From positions 1 through 39,965 of IMG/VR virus record IMGVR_UViG_3300048998_000218: a DNA stretch of 39,965 bases; one strand, given 5' to 3'. The notes below the pieces were generated by a model that made no database searches, had not been told where the DNA came from, and saw nothing but the letters and a program-made list of their open reading frames with translations. This stretch comes from a virus. Its lineage: Duplodnaviria > Caudoviricetes. Both the position numbers and the translations under genes were made by a program. Positions 14,901-23,302 of this stretch are shown here, piece after piece (positions within the stretch are counted from its first letter, which is position 1; every line of letters starts with the position of its first letter).

Positions 14901-17900
14901 ATACGGCGATCGCTCCCGCGAGAGCAGTCAGACCGATACCCAGCAAGATGAGCCCAGCTGCTTGGAGACCAATGGTCGGCGGGATGGCAAGCGTGGCAAC
15001 GCCCAGAGCAGCCACGGCAAGTGCTGCACCGAGAATGCCCTTGGCCAAATCGCCCAACTTCATGCTGCCGAAGGCGGAAATTGCTCCTGCGAGCAACGTC
15101 ATGCCGATGGCGGCGGCGATGAGGCCGGGACCAACGACAAGGATGCTTGGGCCGATGAAGGCCAAACCGACACCCATCGCCGTCAACGCTCCAGCAATGC
15201 CGAGCAAACCCTTGGCCAGCTCTTCCCACTTCAAAGAGGCAAATATCTTCGTCGCCACAGCGATCAAATTCAAAGCCACGCCCATCAAGATCAAACCAGC
15301 GGCGATCGGAACGATCCGAACGGCAGGCATGAGCTTCAGTCCGCCAGCAATTACCGCCAAAGCGCCGCCAACTCCGGCCAACCCCTTGGCAAGTTCCTCC
15401 CACGACATCGTGGAGAAGATCTTCACTGCCGCAGCCAGAACGACCAGCGCACCGGCGAGGATGAACATTCCCGTGGCGATGACTGGCAGGGTGAGGATCG
15501 CGCCCTTACCTGCAGCCATGAGCTTCAGAGCTGCACCCAGTTCACCCAAGCCAACCGCGACTGCGGTCATGGCCGTGGCCATCTTCTTGGGATCGATGGT
15601 CGAAAGGAGCTTTACACCCAGTGCCAGCGCGACGACAGACGCCGCGATCGTGAAGATCGTGGTCGCCTGAACCTGCTTCTGCATCGCTGTCAGATTGCCG
15701 GTCAGAGCTTGAAGCGATTTGGACAGGTTCGTCAGCGCGCCGCCCGTGATATCGAAGGACTTGCCTCCGGTGACGGCTTTCTTGAGGGTCAGGAATATGC
15801 CGCCCAAGAACGTCGTCTGGAAGGCGAGCAGAACCTTGTCGAAGTTGGCGTTCTTGATACCGTCGGCGATGCTGGTTCCGAGGTTGCTGAACACGCCGCT
15901 GATCTGATCAAGCCATGGACTGGCCATCTGCTTGAACTGTGCGAACACGTCAGAGAATTTCTTCCAAGCTTCCTTGACCGCAGTGATGCCTCGTTCAACC
16001 GGTGAGAGCACCTTTCCGAACTCTTTGAGATCCTGAATATGTTGCTTCGCCCCACCGACGTCGCTTGAAGAGAACAGGCTGCTGAGTCCAGCCGCCAGAC
16101 CCCTGATGAGCTCGAGCGGAACCCTGAGGATGTTCTCGAGTCCCTTGAAGAACCCTCCGAGAGCGTTGCCCTTGGAAATAGCCTTATCCAACCCCACAAG
16201 GAAATCGCCGATACCACCGGTGAAGTTCAGGAACCCTCCGGCGCCCTTCCCGGCGATTCCCAGAAGATCGAAGAGGACCTTGCCCACGTCCTTGATGATG
16301 GTCCAACCGATGTGCAGGATGGCGAAGAAGCCCGCGAACGTGCGCTTCAAGTTGTTCGCGGTTTCAGATCCTATTTTGAGGTCGTCCATCAAGTTCTTGA
16401 ACCGTACGGTGAACTCGTACAGGTCCTTGCCCGTCTTGGCCGGAAAGACTTCTCGGAAGGCATCCTTGATCGGCTTGAGCACCGACATCAAAGCTTCAAA
16501 GGCAGCCTTGATACCCTTGATCAGCTCGGTACGGCCGCCGAGCTCTTTCCAATCGCCCAGAACCTTGTTACGAGCCTTGGCATTGGTGTTGATGAAGTTG
16601 TTGATCGTGTTCGACAGCTCGGTGAACGTCTTCTTCGACTCGCCAAAGTCGCCGAAAATGGTCTGGAAAGTCTTGGCCCAACCTGAGCCGATGGTCTCCC
16701 GAGCCACATCGAAGACCTGCGGCAATGTCTTGACCTGAGTAGCCGCAGCCTGGGCGGTCTTGGCCTGCGCCTGAATGGCCTTGATCTGCGAGGCGTTGAA
16801 CCCCTGCGCGGCCAGATCGGCATCCTTGAGGTCACCGGTGAACTGCCCCAAGGTCTTGGTCAGAACATCTGACGTCAGCCATGACTTCTGACCCGGCTTG
16901 GCCGAGATTGACTCACGGAACGACTCTCCGTTGATCGTGGCTTTGCCCGTGGCCTTGTCGATCTTGATCGCGCCCTTCTCGATCGTACCCATGTTTCCGG
17001 CGGTACGAATGAGCGCCTTCTGGAAGACGGCGCCACCCATACCGGCGTTGACGACCGAGTTCCAGTCCTGCAGACCGACCTTGCCTGCGGCAATAGCCTG
17101 AGACAGCTGGTACATCGCCGTCGAGGCCTGCTGCGAGTTGGAACCCGAAAGAGCAGCCAGGTTGGCGATGCCCTTGATCGAGTCCGTGGCGGGCTTCAGA
17201 TGCACACCGGCGGCCGTGAAGGTACCGATGTTCTTCGCCATCTCGGAGAAGTTGTAGATCGTCTTGTCCGAGTAGGTGTTCAGCTCACTCAGGGCCGCGT
17301 TGACGGTCTTGAGGTTGCCACCAGAGTCCTGGGTATTGGCCAGAATCGTCTGGATCGAGCCCAGGTTTGTCGCATACTCCTGGAAGCCCTGCTTGATCGG
17401 TCCGAACGCGAACGACTTACCGAAGTTGGCTCCAGCCATGGCAGCCTTGGACGTGATGTTGCCCAAAGCGACCGCGGCGGCACCTTCGAGAACGCTGAAT
17501 CGGTTGGAGACGTTGTCCAGCGCGCGCGAAATACCGTTCAGATCGACCCGATCTGCGGCCTTCTCGATATCGGTGAAGGTGGTGCCAGCACTGAGCTGAC
17601 CCATCCTGCTCTGCAGATGATCGACAGCCTTGTTGGGCTGCTCGAGGGTGACCTTGTTCCCGGACTTCTCGATGTCCTCGATCGGCTTGGAATCCACACC
17701 GCGGCTGAACTTGGCCCGCAGCTTGTCCATCGCCGACAGCGGAGCTTCGAGGGTGACCTTGTTTGCCGACTTCTCGATGTTTTCCAGGCCGTTTACTGCT
17801 CCGACCTTCGCGATCGAAGCGTTCAGCTTGCTCAGCGTGTTCATCGTCTGTGCGACACGCTGCTCGAACACGGCGTTCTCGAAGCTCATAGCAACTACGC

Positions 17901-17919
17901 GTTCGTCGATACTGGGCAT
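11908..17919 (-). CDS. Tape measure protein (~2003 aa)
   Basis: Tape-measure domain (YSDKTIYNFSEM...LQDWNSV), Ala/Gly-rich hydrophobic repeats, three SPS motifs; start MPSIDERVV with GGAGG RBS. Confidence 0.95.
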   Translation of the reverse strand: MPSIDERVVAMSFENAVFEQRVAQTMNTLSKLNASIAKVGAVNGLENIEKSANKVTLEAPLSAMDKLRAKFSRGVDSKPIEDIEKSGNKVTLEQPNKAVDHLQSRMGQLSAGTTFTDIEKAADRVDLNGISRALDNVSNRFSVLEGAAAVALGNITSKAAMAGANFGKSFAFGPIKQGFQEYATNLGSIQTILANTQDSGGNLKTVNAALSELNTYSDKTIYNFSEMAKNIGTFTAAGVHLKPATDSIKGIANLAALSGSNSQQASTAMYQLSQAIAAGKVGLQDWNSVVNAGMGGAVFQKALIRTAGNMGTIEKGAIKIDKATGKATINGESFRESISAKPGQKSWLTSDVLTKTLGQFTGDLKDADLAAQGFNASQIKAIQAQAKTAQAAATQVKTLPQVFDVARETIGSGWAKTFQTIFGDFGESKKTFTELSNTINNFINTNAKARNKVLGDWKELGGRTELIKGIKAAFEALMSVLKPIKDAFREVFPAKTGKDLYEFTVRFKNLMDDLKIGSETANNLKRTFAGFFAILHIGWTIIKDVGKVLFDLLGIAGKGAGGFLNFTGGIGDFLVGLDKAISKGNALGGFFKGLENILRVPLELIRGLAAGLSSLFSSSDVGGAKQHIQDLKEFGKVLSPVERGITAVKEAWKKFSDVFAQFKQMASPWLDQISGVFSNLGTSIADGIKNANFDKVLLAFQTTFLGGIFLTLKKAVTGGKSFDITGGALTNLSKSLQALTGNLTAMQKQVQATTIFTIAASVVALALGVKLLSTIDPKKMATAMTAVAVGLGELGAALKLMAAGKGAILTLPVIATGMFILAGALVVLAAAVKIFSTMSWEELAKGLAGVGGALAVIAGGLKLMPAVRIVPIAAGLILMGVALNLIAVATKIFASLKWEELAKGLLGIAGALTAMGVGLAFIGPSILVVGPGLIAAAIGMTLLAGAISAFGSMKLGDLAKGILGAALAVAALGVATLAIPPTIGLQAAGLILLGIGLTALAGAIAVFGSMGIGKLVKGIIGIGGALLVLGAGLVFMSGTLAGSAALLAAAAGLAVLAPTLAFMGVLPWSVILKGLAAMALSMGVIAVVGLVAAPALLALGGALAILGVGLVLIGSAIFIAAKGLSLLGENGAKGIGVLVASITAFIALIPSMVINFVKGLVSIADEIAKVAPKVVLALGVILDTIIAFIIEQAPKVAVAVSALITAILNVLAVNAGPLITAGWHLLQQLLTGIENNIGSITTKVGEIITKFLDAFATQVPRLVQSGARVLGSLLGGIATALPTVLASAARVVGKFLEGVTAHLPAVITKGAALIVTFLTEITKHVPDFVKAGAKLIFSVIVGIGNTLGGIITAGVRVIKKFVFGIAQAVPDLVDAGYKAVIKLINGTAAAIRENSHELNAAGINLASAIIDGMVDGFKQLGHKAIDGVKGIISGLPGAAKKLLGIHSPSTVFAEIGKFSMLGLSAGLDGNHKSVMDSAGNIGNGLINKFKDVFQIQSPSKVLKEIGQEVGRGFKDGLDGSATDIRNSFQSLKDKIRTEMENQRQAISDENAKIRDLQQQHADKLAEIQKLRTAKKPDTEAIKTAVGELNDINNAINASERAVNKYKGVLGALRGANADLTKGLQDEKRQLIGLSKNYEDISTKLDAAKTALEDATRTRDDALRSYADQYATGPDMGALLSDALSNADLTEQERQDKIRKDREEAEKRSRIDQVANYKKALEEQIAATKQYQATLQKLRELGLDDTTYKKLLAQGLAGQDFASQLLATGKSGIDDLNKMDAQLIAESTDLAKQAAYNLYQAGVDAAQGLVDGLAQKKGDLEKAMTDLADTIVNRIKSDLGIRSPSKIFAEVGRFATQGLAQGLRASSSTVANAAAEVGDDAAKALTNSLANISDLVGSEIDTDLTITPVLDLSKVANDASKLRDLTNVVPITAAASYGQASAISTETSVTMEEAAAAAQAAPSFKFEQNNYSPESLSETEIYRQTNNQLSQIKRNLGLIGLQSA

Positions 17920-18299
17920 TACTTGGTCACCTCCTTCCACATGTCGGCTGCGATCTGGTCAAATATGGGCTGCATGGCAGGGTTGATGTAATCGCGCCCT
18001 TGGACGAAGCCACCGTTACCGGTAGCATGCCCGTACTGAAGCAATACGGCGATCGGATTGGTCCCTGGCTCTTCCGTATGAGAGTTGAGCCAGTGGATGG
18101 AGAAATATCCCGGCTTGTCGACGATCTCGAAGTACCACGAGTCCGCCGTTTCGCCACTCTCTACCGGTGTAGCCGCGCGGAGAGCCGCGACGCCAATCGA
18201 ACCATACTTGGACAACCGTGTCAAATATGTCCTCTGCTTCACTCGCTGACCGAAGGCTTCCATGTTTCGGAAGGAGCCTCGATTAGTTACCCTGATCAA
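17919..18299 (-). CDS. Neck/tail-completion protein (HK97 gp10-like)
   Basis: ATPVESGETADSW...LQYGHATGNGGFVQGRDYINPA. Confidence 0.8.
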   Translation of the reverse strand: MIRVTNRGSFRNMEAFGQRVKQRTYLTRLSKYGSIGVAALRAATPVESGETADSWYFEIVDKPGYFSIHWLNSHTEEPGTNPIAVLLQYGHATGNGGFVQGRDYINPAMQPIFDQIAADMWKEVTK

Positions 18300-18311
18300 G
18301 ACTCCTCCTTT

Positions 18312-19313
18312 CTATGCGACCTTGGTTAGACGAAGAATAACCACGCCTTCGGGATGGGCGTTCGGGCCTCGTCCACCGTACTGAGATGCTGGCGTGGGTT
18401 TGCCTCCGCCGCCACCTCCGGGAACGATTGCGTGCCCGTTCAATGAGGAGCGAATCTCTCCCGGACCATACCGAGACGTATCGCCAAAGTTGAACGTGCC
18501 CTTACCGCCCGATGTAGCGATTTGAAGCTCTTCGGTAAGGCCAGAGGAATCGCTCTCATGACGGAGATAGGTTCCACCCCGTCCTCCGCCACCACCTTCA
18601 CCGATGGTTCCATCCCAGGTTCCATCTTCGGCGTTGGTTTTTGGCCCAGGAGGGGTTGGCGCTCCTGGAGACCCAACGGCGCCAATTACGGCTATGGCTC
18701 CATCAGCTCCGCCACCCGCTATGGTTCGGCCGCCTTTGCCACCTTGGCCACCGTTGCCGCCTGGAGCAATTTCTTGGTAGCCGAAGAAAATATCGTGGTA
18801 ACTGTTCTCTGCGTTGGCCAAAGATGCTGCGCCACCCTTACCACCCGATGCTCGGCAGAGAGTTCCAGAAAACGACGAAGCTCCACCGTCGGTACCCGCA
18901 TCTCCAGGATCGATCGTGCCGTGACCGTCAGATCCACCAAAGGCACCATGAGAAGGCACGCCGTCGGCACCATTGACTCCTGCAGCCCCTACGACAACGG
19001 CGCACTCTGATGGGAGATCGAGAAGCAGACCAGAGACAAGATGTAGTCCACCGCCACCCCCTGCACCTCCATATGAGAACACGCCATAAATATCGTGTAT
19101 CCCACCGGAGTTGAAATTGCTCAGTCCACCTCGACCGCCAGAACCACCAATGCAAAGCGCCTCGTAGTTGGTGTATCCGAAAGCGATGTAATCTGCCGGG
19201 ACGAACGGAACGTCATCGGGTAGATTGAGAGTTAGTGGCGTACCGAACTCGCTCAGATCGGGCAACGCTTCAAGCGGTATCGCTTCTCCTTCACCACCCA
19301 GATATACCCTCAT
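18312..19313 (-). CDS. Glycine-rich virion (tail fibre-like) protein
   Basis: IGGSGGRGG...GGAGGGGG...VVVGAAG...GVVILR glycine-rich domain pattern. Confidence 0.75.
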   Translation of the reverse strand: MRVYLGGEGEAIPLEALPDLSEFGTPLTLNLPDDVPFVPADYIAFGYTNYEALCIGGSGGRGGLSNFNSGGIHDIYGVFSYGGAGGGGGLHLVSGLLLDLPSECAVVVGAAGVNGADGVPSHGAFGGSDGHGTIDPGDAGTDGGASSFSGTLCRASGGKGGAASLANAENSYHDIFFGYQEIAPGGNGGQGGKGGRTIAGGGADGAIAVIGAVGSPGAPTPPGPKTNAEDGTWDGTIGEGGGGGRGGTYLRHESDSSGLTEELQIATSGGKGTFNFGDTSRYGPGEIRSSLNGHAIVPGGGGGGKPTPASQYGGRGPNAHPEGVVILRLTKVA

Positions 19314-19942
19314 GGCGTCTCCGTCAGAGCCAGGAGATCGACCAGATCGGGCAGGCTCGGATCATCGGTGGACGTCCCGTAGAGCAAACCTTCAAGGGTC
19401 TCGAGCAAGACGGAATCAATCGTCCTTGTGTGCAGGGAAATATGGGCTGTTGGCCGAATCCCGAACATCTGGGAAGGCGTGCCGCTGAGGCTGAACTCGA
19501 ACAACGCCGCGTTCGGGGAGTTCGAGAGAGAATTGAGGGCCGCAGAGGTCGGGACGGCTAAGACGTTGTAGACCACATGGATCTTGTGGTTCTCGTTCCC
19601 GAGATCGTCATTCTCCTGGGTGCGATAGGAGAGACTGAATGTTCGAGCTCGCTGATCGTGAATGAACACGCCGGGATTGAACTCCTGGGTACCGAGAAGT
19701 TCATCTAGCTCGTCAGGATATGTGAAAGCTCCGAGCTTGGCCGAGTACGAGCCCGGCACATGTCGATCGAGGAACTTGACCCCGTCGAGGAAATACGACT
19801 TTACTTCTCGCTCGGTGTTCTCGGTGATCGAGACAAGCCCGTTCCAGGGCACGGCATTTCCGTCGGGAAGATATAGGACGCCGCGATCGATGCCCGTTTC
19901 GTAACGGCGATCTCCTACTTGATCCCAGGCGAGTGTGGTCAT
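19310..19942 (-). CDS. Second major-tail-like protein
   Basis: LAWDQVGDRRYETGIDRGVLY...WNGL...AFTYPD; clearly paralogous to 21771-22658. Confidence 0.9.
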   Translation of the reverse strand: MTTLAWDQVGDRRYETGIDRGVLYLPDGNAVPWNGLVSITENTEREVKSYFLDGVKFLDRHVPGSYSAKLGAFTYPDELDELLGTQEFNPGVFIHDQRARTFSLSYRTQENDDLGNENHKIHVVYNVLAVPTSAALNSLSNSPNAALFEFSLSGTPSQMFGIRPTAHISLHTRTIDSVLLETLEGLLYGTSTDDPSLPDLVDLLALTETP

Positions 19943-20019
19943 GCGGCCTCCTTTCCTAAGTTGTTTGAGAGGTCTTGGCTGGTTCCGGACACCCTTACAC
20001 TCAGCCGCAACCTCATTTA

Positions 20020-20262
20020 CTACTCGTCCTTCTTGATCGGGATCAACTGAATCTCGAGCGACTGCCCGAGCGTTAGCTGATCCAGTGCCTGGGTCTTCTC
20101 AGGATCGATTGAAATACGGAAGACTCCGCTAGGAGAAGCAGCCTTCCAATCCTCGTTCTTGCCCTGGCTGTAGTCAGGAGTCATCTCGACCTCCTGTGCC
20201 CACGGCTGATCAGGATTTCCGAGAGGAGTGATCCTGCTCACGACGAATCGTGCTGTGACCAA
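20020..20262 (-). CDS. Hypothetical protein, ~80 aa
   Basis: AAGGAGG RBS before a TTG start; VTARFVVSRI...PDYSQGKNEDWKAASPSG. Confidence 0.7.
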   Translation of the reverse strand: MVTARFVVSRITPLGNPDQPWAQEVEMTPDYSQGKNEDWKAASPSGVFRISIDPEKTQALDQLTLGQSLEIQLIPIKKDE

Positions 20263-20281
20263 ACATATCACCTCCTTTCTG

Positions 20282-21067
20282 TTACTTGGGGCGATAGATG
20301 GTCCTGAAGTCGCTGGACAGATTCGGATCGAGAAACACGGTCCAAGGCATGAGGAAATACCCGTCAAGACCCCAATCAAGATCCCACGAGTTTCGACACA
20401 GCCCGTAATGCGGCTCACTCTTGAGGTAGCCGACCAACAGCACCTCGTGGCCGCCGAGTACTCGCTCCTGCGTCGTATCGGGATGCGGCACGATGCCGGT
20501 GTTGGCGACCTCCTGCGACTCGAACGACTCGAAGACGCTGAACCCGAAGGCGATTGTCTGCTTGTTGCTCAGCACTCGCTTGATGCTTGTGAGACTGCGC
20601 GGAACCGCCTTGTAGGGGCGTTCGATCTTCTTCCGCGCGCTCCACTCGATGCTTGCGTGCGGATCTCTTGACCACTCGTGGAAGCGATCGCTGTAGGGCC
20701 AGTGGGATTCGGGAACGATGCCGAACCGACGACTCACCCGGAAGCCGTCACGTCCGTAGGCACCGGTATCCTGCGTCAGGGAGCTACCCTCGATCAAGCG
20801 CTCCAGCGCGTAAATCCAGAGACGTGACGGGAACGTCGGTTCCTCGCCGGAAACGATACGATCGGCGTCGATCGCCGCGGCCACGGCGTTCGCCGTGCAT
20901 GAGCCCAGTCGCAGCTGGTTGTACACCGCGGTCATGTACTCCTGACGCGGATCCACCTCGGCGAAAATGGGAAGCTCGGAGGTGTCGGCGATGATGTCTC
21001 GAGGGTCCGGGAGCGAAGGCTTCCAACCGTAGCCCTGAATCTTGTGCGGGGTGATCACTTCGGTCAA
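20282..21067 (-). CDS. Papain-family (C1A) cysteine peptidase
   Basis: QLRLGSCTANA (Gln and catalytic Cys), GGHEVLLVGY (His), RNSW...WG.DGYF (Asn). Confidence 0.93.
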   Translation of the reverse strand: MTEVITPHKIQGYGWKPSLPDPRDIIADTSELPIFAEVDPRQEYMTAVYNQLRLGSCTANAVAAAIDADRIVSGEEPTFPSRLWIYALERLIEGSSLTQDTGAYGRDGFRVSRRFGIVPESHWPYSDRFHEWSRDPHASIEWSARKKIERPYKAVPRSLTSIKRVLSNKQTIAFGFSVFESFESQEVANTGIVPHPDTTQERVLGGHEVLLVGYLKSEPHYGLCRNSWDLDWGLDGYFLMPWTVFLDPNLSSDFRTIYRPK

Positions 21068-21073
21068 GGGTTT

Positions 21074-21616
21074 TTATCCTTTCGTTCCAAGCTGCGCTTT
21101 ACGCTGCTCGTTGAGTTCACGATTGCGTCGGGCAACTTCGGCTCGGCTCATCTTCTTCGGCTTAGCCTGTTTGACGTTGCAGATCCGAATAAGCGTGAAG
21201 AGACGATTGAGATGCCACGTTTCACACTCAAACGGAATAGAGAACACCGTCATCCAATAGTAGATCAGCTCCGCGGTGATGATTTCACGCGATTTGGGAG
21301 TTCCTGGTTGCTCTGAAAACCATGTCGCAGTCATCTTGCGATCGATGTACTCGTTGATCTCCTGAACGTTCTCTTGAGAAAGTTGGTGGAGAATTTCCTC
21401 CGGGGGATTTGGAGTCAAAAGCATGCACTCAACGTACGACAGAACTTCTTCCGAACTTTTGTCGTTTGAACCAAGAAAGGCCTTTTCGTGAATTGCCTCC
21501 CATTTTGAAAGTGAAACCAAAGAATGCTCCAGCTGGAGCTCTACACCGCCTTGAGTCTTGAACGTTCCGGACTCTTCGTCATAGACGCCGGTGGCTCCGA
21601 CTGTGATTGTGAGCAT
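21074..21616 (-). CDS. Probable tail assembly chaperone
   Basis: LEHSLVSLSKWE...ITAELIYYWM...WHLNRLFTLI; position after the major tail gene; start at MLTITV with AAAGGA RBS. Confidence 0.75.
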   Translation of the reverse strand: MLTITVGATGVYDEESGTFKTQGGVELQLEHSLVSLSKWEAIHEKAFLGSNDKSSEEVLSYVECMLLTPNPPEEILHQLSQENVQEINEYIDRKMTATWFSEQPGTPKSREIITAELIYYWMTVFSIPFECETWHLNRLFTLIRICNVKQAKPKKMSRAEVARRNRELNEQRKAQLGTKG

Positions 21617-21770
21617 TCTCTGGTTTCCTTTCAATTTTCGATGCACGCGGTAGCCCGGTTACGATGCCTCCCACAGACTGACGAGCGGCCCCGGAGAGTT
21701 AGAGGACCTGGTGCTCAGCTGTTCCCCGCGACCCTTACCTGGGAGTCTCGACCGCGTACAGCAGGACGAC

Positions 21771-22658
21771 TTACGGCGTCCGCTGGAACGTCCACTCGTC
21801 GTCGCCGACGAGGTTGTAGCCCGGCTGCGCGTGGGCCGTCACCTCGATGGTGGCACCCGCGGCGATCGCGGGCTGAGCGCCCGGGGCCTTGTTGACGCCG
21901 TTGACCTTCCACTGCACGCCCGTGACGGCAGGCAGGGTGGCCACGCCCGTGGCCTCGACGAACGTCGGGTTGTTGGCCGCCGTACGGAGGTTGACATCCG
22001 TCATGCCGCTCGTGAACAGCGTGACCACCTCGGCCGGGCTGGGCAGGCGCGGGTCATCCCCGACCGTGCCGTAGAGGATGTCCTCGAGATCGGAGAGATC
22101 GGAGGCATCCACCTGGGTGCTGTCGATGACGATCTGGGCCGTCGGCTTGTAACCGGCAACCGCGATCGGGTAGGTGGTCAGGTCCCACGAGAACGAGATC
22201 GCCTCGGGGGAGTCGTTGATGGTGGTGTACGCCTTCTCCGACGGCGCCGCGAGGGCGCCGTAGACGAGGTGGAGCTTGTAGCCGTGATCCGCGCCGTCCA
22301 GGTCGTTGCCGAGCTTGGTGCGGTAGGCGAGCCCGAACTGCTTGCGCGCCTGCTGGCCGAGCTTGACGCCGGGAGCGGGCTCCACCGTACCGTCGCACTG
22401 CCCGAACGCATCCGGGTAGGTGAAGGCCTCGATGGTGGCACCGAACTCCTCGGTGGACATGAGCGTCAGGTACTTGATGTTGTCCGCGTACTGCGGGTTG
22501 GCTTCGGCGCCCGAAGGCGACTCGGTGACGGTCGTCAGACCGTTCCATGCGTGACCCTCGACGAACTCACCGGTCTCGTCGGGGATGTAGAGGACACCGC
22601 GATCGACGCCGCTCTCGAAGAGCCGCTCGCCGCTCTGGTCCCATGCCAGTGCTGTCAT
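21771..22658 (-). CDS. Major tail protein with a C-terminal Ig-like extension
   Basis: WDQSGERLFESGVDRGVLY...YADNIKYL...IEAFTYPD...GYKLHLVYG; very strong GC3 bias. Confidence 0.92.
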   Translation of the reverse strand: MTALAWDQSGERLFESGVDRGVLYIPDETGEFVEGHAWNGLTTVTESPSGAEANPQYADNIKYLTLMSTEEFGATIEAFTYPDAFGQCDGTVEPAPGVKLGQQARKQFGLAYRTKLGNDLDGADHGYKLHLVYGALAAPSEKAYTTINDSPEAISFSWDLTTYPIAVAGYKPTAQIVIDSTQVDASDLSDLEDILYGTVGDDPRLPSPAEVVTLFTSGMTDVNLRTAANNPTFVEATGVATLPAVTGVQWKVNGVNKAPGAQPAIAAGATIEVTAHAQPGYNLVGDDEWTFQRTP

Positions 22659-22674
22659 GTTGCTGATGGTCCTT

Positions 22675-22974
22675 TCAGAAGAAGAGGGTGAAGACGTAGT
22701 GATTGAGATTCTCTGCCGCGAAATATCGATCGAACGAACAGAACGGCAGTTCAATCACTTGATCCGGTAGTTCGCTGTCGGGATTACGGTCAATAACCGT
22801 TACCTGATACCGTTTGGTGTGCTTGTAGAGCTTATTACCAGCGTGCTCCAACTTGCTGTCATCTCTGACATACCGAATGCAGGGGTACTGCATCTGAATG
22901 TTGACTGGAGGCTGGAAATATACGTGCTCAGTAATCTCCTCAAGGAGACTCTGGAGCTGGAGCCGTGAGCCCAT
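22675..22974 (-). CDS. Tail terminator
   Basis: HVYFQPP...YPCIRY...YQVTVIDRNPDS; synteny. Confidence 0.8.
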   Translation of the reverse strand: MGSRLQLQSLLEEITEHVYFQPPVNIQMQYPCIRYVRDDSKLEHAGNKLYKHTKRYQVTVIDRNPDSELPDQVIELPFCSFDRYFAAENLNHYVFTLFF

Positions 22975-23281
22975 TGTACACCTCCCCTAGACGTAGGAGA
23001 AGACGGGGAGCCTGAACTTCTACTTCTAAAACAGTCCAGTGCACCCCCGCCCACTCAACGTAGCGGATGGCGAAGAAATGCTCACGTGCGTAAGCATCGG
23101 CCACAATGCTGATCGAATTTCCGAGGGATAGGAGAGGATTTACCTGCTCCCCTTCACGGAGGGACCTACTATTGCGAACAACGTCGCCGTAGTAGATCCG
23201 CTCCGTGATAGTTTCCTCGTGCACACCCGGTGCGGTTTCGACGGTCTGCGCGTACCCGATCTTGCCGTGAAATTTCGCCAT
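22940..23281 (-). CDS. Head-to-tail stopper / head closure protein
   Basis: KFHGKIGY...NSISIVADAYA...PRLLLRLGEVYNG; directly after the capsid gene. Confidence 0.8.
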   Translation of the reverse strand: MAKFHGKIGYAQTVETAPGVHEETITERIYYGDVVRNSRSLREGEQVNPLLSLGNSISIVADAYAREHFFAIRYVEWAGVHWTVLEVEVQAPRLLLRLGEVYNGLTAPAPESP

Positions 23282-23302
23282 CGGGTATCAGGCGATAGCC
23301 GA

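Noticed and set aside
21074-21646. Programmed frameshift in the tail assembly chaperone
   Set aside because: No convincing slippery site with an overlapping second frame; the next gene is an unrelated protease.
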